64,000 nucleotides of DNA from Christensenellales bacterium. GTDB lineage: Bacteria; Bacillota; Clostridia; Christensenellales; UBA3700. Below, piece after piece: positions 59,101 through 64,000 of this stretch. A program made the translations under genes and the position numbers. The notes under the pieces are model-generated. The model was not told the origin of the DNA, made no database searches, and saw only the letters and a program-made list of their open reading frames with translations. Where the stretch lies: contig JBJETR010000072.1 of the NCBI GenBank assembly GCA_051883415.1, positions 8,506-72,505 on the forward strand, given 5' to 3'. Every line of letters begins with the position of its first letter. The stretch's first letter is position 1.

Positions 59101-59760
59101 CTCGATATAGTGTACGTCGTTGGTAGCTACCACCTTGACGCCAATCTCATGCGCAAGCTTGACAAGCAACGGATTGATTTTTTTCTCTTCCGCTATGCCG
59201 TGGTCTTGAATCTCAATATAAAAGTCACCCTCGTCGAACATTGACTTGAGCATAAGTGCATACTCTTTGGCACTCTCATAGTCGCCTTGGACGAGATAGG
59301 ACGAGATTGTACCCGAAAGACAACCCGACAAACATATTACGCCCTTGGTGTGCTGTTTGAGTAGCTCGATATCTATCCTAGGCTTGTAGTAAAAGCCATC
59401 CACGTACGCCAAGCTATCCATTTTGACAAGGTTGCGATAGCCCTCCGTGGTCTTGGCAAGCAATACTAAGTGATATCTCTTTTTGTCCTCTTTGTGCATG
59501 TCGTCACACACGTAAAACTCGCAACCGACAATAGGCTTGACGCCCTTTTGTCTTGCAGTCTTGTAAAAGGTAAACGCACCGAACATATTGCCGTGGTCGG
59601 TAAGAGCACAACCCGGCATTTGTTTATCAAGACAAGCCGTCAACAAAGGTGATTTTTTGCCTTTGGTTATTCTTGCCGCCCCGTCTAGCAAACTGTATTC
59701 ACTGTGCAAATGCAAGTGAACAAAGGGTTTGGTTTTTCTTACTTCTTGCTCATCTGCCAT
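56101..59760 (-). CDS. dnaE: DNA polymerase III alpha subunit
   Basis: FVHLHLHSEYSLLDG, GRGSG, PDFDVDF, HAAGVV, KMDFLGL, FNKSH. Confidence 0.98.
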   Translation of the reverse strand: MADEQEVRKTKPFVHLHLHSEYSLLDGAARITKGKKSPLLTACLDKQMPGCALTDHGNMFGAFTFYKTARQKGVKPIVGCEFYVCDDMHKEDKKRYHLVLLAKTTEGYRNLVKMDSLAYVDGFYYKPRIDIELLKQHTKGVICLSGCLSGTISSYLVQGDYESAKEYALMLKSMFDEGDFYIEIQDHGIAEEKKINPLLVKLAHEIGVKVVATNDVHYIEQSDAEMHDTLLCIQTGKKLDDVDRMRFDSDQFYLKDYDEMMELFSWCPEAVTNTVEVMEKCNIEIKKQDLMPPYKPDDGSTPEQYLRKLAYDGLKKRYGEPLRSDIVERAEYELGIIHRMGFDEYYLIVWDFINYARQQGIPVGAGRGSGVGSIIAYAIHITNVDPLRYNLLFERFLNPERVSAPDFDVDFCMDRRGEVIEYVIRRYGKEKVCQILALGTMKAKGAIKDVARVMDVSLDKVNKTTKAIPNTPGLTLDMVLGRVSVDDIKDPEEREKKRAELEASKCPEVIEMYENDDEMRRVIDMAYKIEGMPRNCSKHAAGVVICKEIISDYVPLQRNGNDITTQFQKDEVEELGMLKMDFLGLTTLTDLSKAKQYIKENYGIEIDFEKLGYEDPEVYKLISSGETDAVFQLESAGMKKFMMDLQPECLEDIIAGISLYRPGPIDSIPTYVRAKHNPETITYDHPLLEPILNMTYGCLVYQEQVMQVVQQLAGYTLGRADILRRAMGKKKVDVMKKEKDIFINGCPEKQEKRNELGEIIQKHELAVDGAVKRGVPAEIAGKIFDDMESFAKYAFNKSHAAAYAVLAYETGYIKRYYLVELVAAVINNRITKADEIAKYLTFLREKGKKVLQPDINKSDYIFRAKDDAIRFGLCGIKNVGQAAMEVLVKERQERGEFKSIGDMLNRLPAGTINKRMFEALIKGGAFDCFGHTRASLLACYENLLTNSNAEKKRHCDGQMSLFDFLEDDSALQDEIPELKEMDSRQKYTYEKEVLNIYMTGHPLEQYRQAFEQFEFNLSHIAPLLTASNEEEEDEEGVINERDELIAKYSDREVILGGMLKNFKKSVTKKGKLMAYGELEDLHATIELVFFPAVLAKYSNVLHDDKIVKIRGRINTDGDRVSIAVIDVSDWENDGFTSSGGGASNDAEQEETTQRLYVKISDMTQLAEVKAVCRNAPGKVPVFVQFEKTLYKLEEKISCRDNVINRIKAIVGAKNIIIKG

Positions 59761-60691
59761 TGTACTCTTCCTCCATCGTTAGTATTTTTTTGAGAGCTCT
59801 CGCTACGCTCGACTTACTCATGCCTATTCTCTTGGCGAGGTCGCCCATGCTCTCGGTGCAATCTTCCATTCTTGCCAGGGCAACCTTATGTAGTGTCGGA
59901 TCGATTGACAGCAAGTTGACCTTTGCCGTCAACGATTCTACCGCATGCATATATTTAGAATTGGATGCCGTGATTTTGTCGGCGTTGGCGGCAAAAACGT
60001 TGGCTTGTCTGTTGATATTGTTATTGACCTCTCTCTTGACGAGAATATCGTTGAGAATTATTGCGCTCTGCGATGCGTGTATGAATGCGAAAAAGTCGCA
60101 AATCGTTTCGCTATTTTTGGTATATACGCCGTAGGACGAACCTCTGTCCGCTACGCTGAATGCAAGTCCGCATTGCGACGCTACGTCGGCTATTACGCGA
60201 GCAAAATCTTCTTGCAAAATGTTGAATTCGAGATGGTATCCACCTCTCACGTCTACGTCGTCGGGTATGTACACGCTGCCTACCGTGAGAAAAACTCCTT
60301 GCATAAAGGATACCACACTGTTGCGATTGGTGAGCAAGTCCTCTATTGCCTCGGCATCTTCCAGCACCAGCTCCCCTTCGTCAAAATGAGATAAATGCAT
60401 CTGAGCAAGCATGTCGTTGCTGTCTTTGGAGCTTACTTGCAAAGTATAGGTTTCGCCGATAGCCGTGTTGTATTGAAGAGTGACCTCGCAACCGAAAATC
60501 TTGTCAAGAAGTTCCATAACTCTGAGCGCAATCTCGTCACTTCTAAATTCGTACTCTATGGCAATGGCGTTTTTGTACACGGCAACGGAACCCGCGCATT
60601 TGGTGAGTGCACACGCAAAGGCTAGCCCCGACTTGCCCTTGACGTCTATATCGCCCATAATCTCTCGTCTTACTTGTTCGGTATAATTCAT
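59750..60691 (-). CDS. whiA: WhiA-family DNA-binding protein
   Basis: FMQGVFL..GS, YHLEF, NNINRQANVFAANADK, C-terminal HTH; conserved position. Confidence 0.8.
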   Translation of the reverse strand: MNYTEQVRREIMGDIDVKGKSGLAFACALTKCAGSVAVYKNAIAIEYEFRSDEIALRVMELLDKIFGCEVTLQYNTAIGETYTLQVSSKDSNDMLAQMHLSHFDEGELVLEDAEAIEDLLTNRNSVVSFMQGVFLTVGSVYIPDDVDVRGGYHLEFNILQEDFARVIADVASQCGLAFSVADRGSSYGVYTKNSETICDFFAFIHASQSAIILNDILVKREVNNNINRQANVFAANADKITASNSKYMHAVESLTAKVNLLSIDPTLHKVALARMEDCTESMGDLAKRIGMSKSSVARALKKILTMEEEYNGR

Positions 60692-61458
60692 CTGCTCTGC
60701 CTCGACCTAAATTGCGGGATTTTGTGATTGCAGTTGGCAATCCTATCCTCGGATATATCGAACTTGTCTATAATGTCCATAGCGTATTGCCACTGACCGA
60801 CGTTGTCTACCTTGTGGGCATCGCTATTGACGATAAGCGTGGCTCCCGTTGACAAAATATCTTCAATAACCTTGTCGCTTGGCGTCTTATGTCTCGACGA
60901 CAACTCGATATACGTTCCGTAATCGGCGCATGCTTTGGCTACCTCTTTGTAGTCTACGTCAAGTCTAAAACCCAGATGAGTGAGTACGTCGATAGGGTGC
61001 TTCTTGACGGCGTTGACGTAGGCTCTCGTATTAGCGGCAATTTGGCTCTTAGAAGCCGGTGCGATATAGTGCGTAATACCGTTGAGAATCAGCGAACCGT
61101 AGTATTTGATTTTTGCAGGTTTTGCCGTAAGATGAAAGCCTGCCAATACTACGTCGAGTCTAGCGATATCTTCGCTTGTCAAATCAATTTCACCCTCCTC
61201 GCCGATGACGTTGCCCTCTATACCAAACAAAATTTTGCAGTCGTCGATTGAGGACTGCACGTTGGTTATATCTGCTCTAATTAAGTCAAATTTGCTTCTA
61301 TCTACGCCAACCAAAGGGTGATTGACGCCATGATCGGTGATAGCAATGCAATCCAAACCCAATTTTTGCGCTTGCAAAGCATTGTCAAGCACACTGCCTT
61401 TGCCGTGCGAATATCGGGTATGCGTATGAAAATCACTCGTAATCTCAATCCTTTGCAT
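60688..61458 (-). CDS. PHP-domain phosphatase
   Basis: DFHTHTRYSHG, ITDHG, NSDAH. Confidence 0.88.
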   Translation of the reverse strand: MQRIEITSDFHTHTRYSHGKGSVLDNALQAQKLGLDCIAITDHGVNHPLVGVDRSKFDLIRADITNVQSSIDDCKILFGIEGNVIGEEGEIDLTSEDIARLDVVLAGFHLTAKPAKIKYYGSLILNGITHYIAPASKSQIAANTRAYVNAVKKHPIDVLTHLGFRLDVDYKEVAKACADYGTYIELSSRHKTPSDKVIEDILSTGATLIVNSDAHKVDNVGQWQYAMDIIDKFDISEDRIANCNHKIPQFRSRQSR

Positions 61459-61488
61459 TGTCTTATCCTTACGTATTTATTATGTGCA

Positions 61489-62361
61489 TTATTTTAATAT
61501 GCGTACTTCATATTCTAAATCAATTCCACTGCATTTGTCAACCTGCTCTTTGACTTTCTTTGCAAGGGTGACAAAATCTGCCGACGTTGCTCCGCCTTTG
61601 TTGACAATAAAGTTGGCGTGTTTGTCGGAGACGACTGCTCCGCCTACGGCGTAACCCTTCATTCCCGCCCTCTCAATCAGCTGTCCTGCCGACGCCCCAT
61701 CGGGATTTTTGAAGACGCTACCTAACGTTATACCTTTGGGTTGGGTACGCTCTCGCTTGTCGGCATAATACTTGCCCCTCACCGTCACGTCGATAGGGGT
61801 GGAACGAGTCGTTTGCAGTTGTGCCCCTAACACCACTCCGCCCAAATCTACTCGGCGATATTGCCAATCTATATCCTTGCCTAATATCGTCTTGACTTGC
61901 CCCTCTTGCCATACGTCAACGCTATACACTATCTCGCCTATGCTCATCCCGAATGCACCCGCATTCATTGCTATGGCGCCGCCTATCGTTGCAGGTATGC
62001 CTTGCAAGCATTCCAATCCGCTAAGTCCTAGTTGCTTGCACTCTCCCGCAATCGCTCCCACGCTTGCTCCGCACGAAGCGTAGATAAACGTCCCGTCCAC
62101 TACGAATTTGGATGCCTTCTTGGTACAAACAACAATCTTACGATATTTGGTATCGGGAAAAAGAACGTTGCTGGCGTTGCCCACCACTACCCAATCTTTG
62201 CCACAAAGATAGAGATAGTCCAAGGCGCCCACAAGCCCTCTAATCGAGGTGGGATAGATGACGTTTTCTATTCTGCCTCCCGACTTGAACGCCGACATAT
62301 TTTTTTGATTCTGAGCAATAATGCACTCTTGACGCTTGAGTCTATCAATATTGAAGTCCAT
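61489..62361 (-). CDS. murB: UDP-N-acetylenolpyruvoylglucosamine reductase
   Basis: GNASNVL, GIPATIGGAIAMNAGA, GSVFKNP, KHANFIVN, LEYEV. Confidence 0.95.
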   Translation of the reverse strand: MDFNIDRLKRQECIIAQNQKNMSAFKSGGRIENVIYPTSIRGLVGALDYLYLCGKDWVVVGNASNVLFPDTKYRKIVVCTKKASKFVVDGTFIYASCGASVGAIAGECKQLGLSGLECLQGIPATIGGAIAMNAGAFGMSIGEIVYSVDVWQEGQVKTILGKDIDWQYRRVDLGGVVLGAQLQTTRSTPIDVTVRGKYYADKRERTQPKGITLGSVFKNPDGASAGQLIERAGMKGYAVGGAVVSDKHANFIVNKGGATSADFVTLAKKVKEQVDKCSGIDLEYEVRILK

Positions 62362-62475
62362 ATATCACGATATGCTCCAAAAGCGTCTATAATGCAATTT
62401 TGATAAAAACGATGCACCGTGATTGGTGCATCGTTGGATATTGTAAATTTGATTTTTGGCAACCTGTATTGAGTT

Positions 62476-63798
62476 TTAGCGATTTTTGAACTCGTTGTAG
62501 ATTGCGTTGATTGCGTTTTCGTAATCGCCCGTCGCAACAGCTACGATGATGTTGAGCTCGCTACTTCCTTGGTCAATCATCTTGATGTTGATATTGGACC
62601 TAGCAAGTGCGGTACAAAGTCTTGCCGCCATGCCGGGATTGTATGACATACCGTGTCCAACGGTTGCTATGAGGCTGACGCCCGTCTTAATCTCTATATG
62701 GTCAGGGCTGACGGTCTTTTGAATTCTATCAATGATAACGTCCTCTTTGCCTGCAATTTCGCTATCCGCTACGACTATGGACAAGGTGTCGATTCCGCTT
62801 GGCATATGCTCGAAAGAAACGTTGTAGTACTCGAATACCGACAACACTCTTCTTGCAAAGCCTAGCTCCGAATTCATCATAGACTTCTCTATGAATACTA
62901 TACTATAACCCTTCTTGCCCGCAATACCCGTGATGCTTGACTCCTTGATTCTCTCTTGAGGCACTTGGGACACAATCATAGTTCCCTTAGCTTCCGGCAT
63001 AAAGGTGTTGCGAATGTTGATAGGAATATTGCTTATTCTAACAGGGAAAATGGACTCGGGATGCAATACGTTGGCACCCATGTACGAGAGTTCTCTAAGC
63101 TCTCTGTAAGAAAGCATCTCGATCGGAGCAGGGTTTTCTACTATTCTTGGATCGGAAGTCAAAAATCCGCTGACGTCAGTCCAGTTTTCGTAAATGCTTG
63201 CACTTACGGCGCGAGCGATTACCGCTCCGCTCACGTCGCTACCGCCACGGCTGAAAGTATGCACGTTGCCGTTTTCGTCAGCGCCGAAGAAGCCCGGGAT
63301 TACTGCTCTCTCGATAGTTTTGAGGGTTTCTCCAACCTTGGCGTTGGTAGCCTCGGCGTCAAACTCGCCTCTGTCGGAAAATACGAATATATCCTTGGCA
63401 TCGACGAATTGGTATCCCAGCTTCTTGGCAAAAATTACTGCGCTGAGATACTCTCCGCGAGAAGCGCAAAACTCCGAACTGCGATATTTGAGCATCTCTT
63501 CTTCCGCCTTGTCAAGATACGGCTCAACGTCAAAATCAAGCCCCAAATCTTGAACGATTTCTCTAAATCTTACTCTGATTTTGTCAAAAGTGGCTTTGCA
63601 TTCTCCGTTGATTTCGATATCGTGATAGCATGCGTATAGCAAGTCGGTCACTTTGTGGTCTTGAGAATTTCTTTTTCCAGGTGCAGAAACGACTACGTAT
63701 CTACGGCTCTCATCCGACAATACAATCTTTGCCGATTGGGTAATAGCCTTGGCGTCTGCCATGGACGTTCCGCCGAATTTTACTACTTTTACTTTCAT
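62476..63798 (-). CDS. lysC: Aspartate kinase
   Basis: KFGGTS, VVSAPG, TFSRGGSD, WTDV, two ACT domains; promoter TTGCCA-N17-TAAAAT upstream. Confidence 0.9.
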   Translation of the reverse strand: MKVKVVKFGGTSMADAKAITQSAKIVLSDESRRYVVVSAPGKRNSQDHKVTDLLYACYHDIEINGECKATFDKIRVRFREIVQDLGLDFDVEPYLDKAEEEMLKYRSSEFCASRGEYLSAVIFAKKLGYQFVDAKDIFVFSDRGEFDAEATNAKVGETLKTIERAVIPGFFGADENGNVHTFSRGGSDVSGAVIARAVSASIYENWTDVSGFLTSDPRIVENPAPIEMLSYRELRELSYMGANVLHPESIFPVRISNIPINIRNTFMPEAKGTMIVSQVPQERIKESSITGIAGKKGYSIVFIEKSMMNSELGFARRVLSVFEYYNVSFEHMPSGIDTLSIVVADSEIAGKEDVIIDRIQKTVSPDHIEIKTGVSLIATVGHGMSYNPGMAARLCTALARSNINIKMIDQGSSELNIIVAVATGDYENAINAIYNEFKNR

Positions 63799-64000
63799 TT
63801 TTTTCTCCCGATATAAGGTTGCTATTGCAATCTCGCAATGTTTACTCACCTATTTTACATTGTGACGACCTAATTGGCAAGCAAATTAAATAATTATTTT
63901 TATAACTATCTTTTGCTTAGCTACGTCACAAAATCAAAGAACGGATATTGCTATCCGTCCTTATACATTATAATATGTCGATGAGCAAATTGCGTTGCCT

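Noticed and set aside
24..63639. Numerous plus-strand ORFs antisense to identified genes (e.g. 273-812, 1447-2157, 47331-48164, 53633-54763)
   Set aside because: Shadow ORFs of well-supported minus-strand genes, with no motifs or RBS.
63799..64000. Lysine riboswitch upstream of aspartate kinase
   Set aside because: The promoter is only about 50 nt from the start codon and no L-box motifs are visible.

Overview
Chromosomal segment (no phage, transposase, CRISPR, rRNA or tRNA seen) of a spore-forming Clostridia-like Firmicute, mostly minus-strand core metabolism. It carries an ArgR-boxed argG-H-C-J-B-D operon, surface proteins, cwlJ with a GerQ-like partner, a sulfatase/anSME pair, dat-alr, queH and a preQ1-riboswitch queT, a GH36/P-type ATPase/radC/AKR run, carAB, purF-asnA, and lysC-murB-PHP-whiA-dnaE-mtrB-pfkA-pfp. 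The strongest novelty candidate is an unusual carbamoyl-phosphate synthetase. Its CarA has lost the whole Cys-His-Glu glutaminase triad, its CarB carries a C-terminal DapF-like domain with one catalytic Cys replaced by Ser, and the operon sits behind a 17-codon leader ORF coupled to a terminator. Other notable items: a strand-oriented 26-bp palindromic element found six times between genes, a 1418-aa membrane-anchored protein with five ~258-aa repeats, an SCP2 domain gene followed by two degenerate Fe-ADH paralogues, a TRAP with altered RNA/Trp-binding residues, and a cluster of structured repeats downstream of carB. All calls come from reading motifs by eye; no database searches were run.
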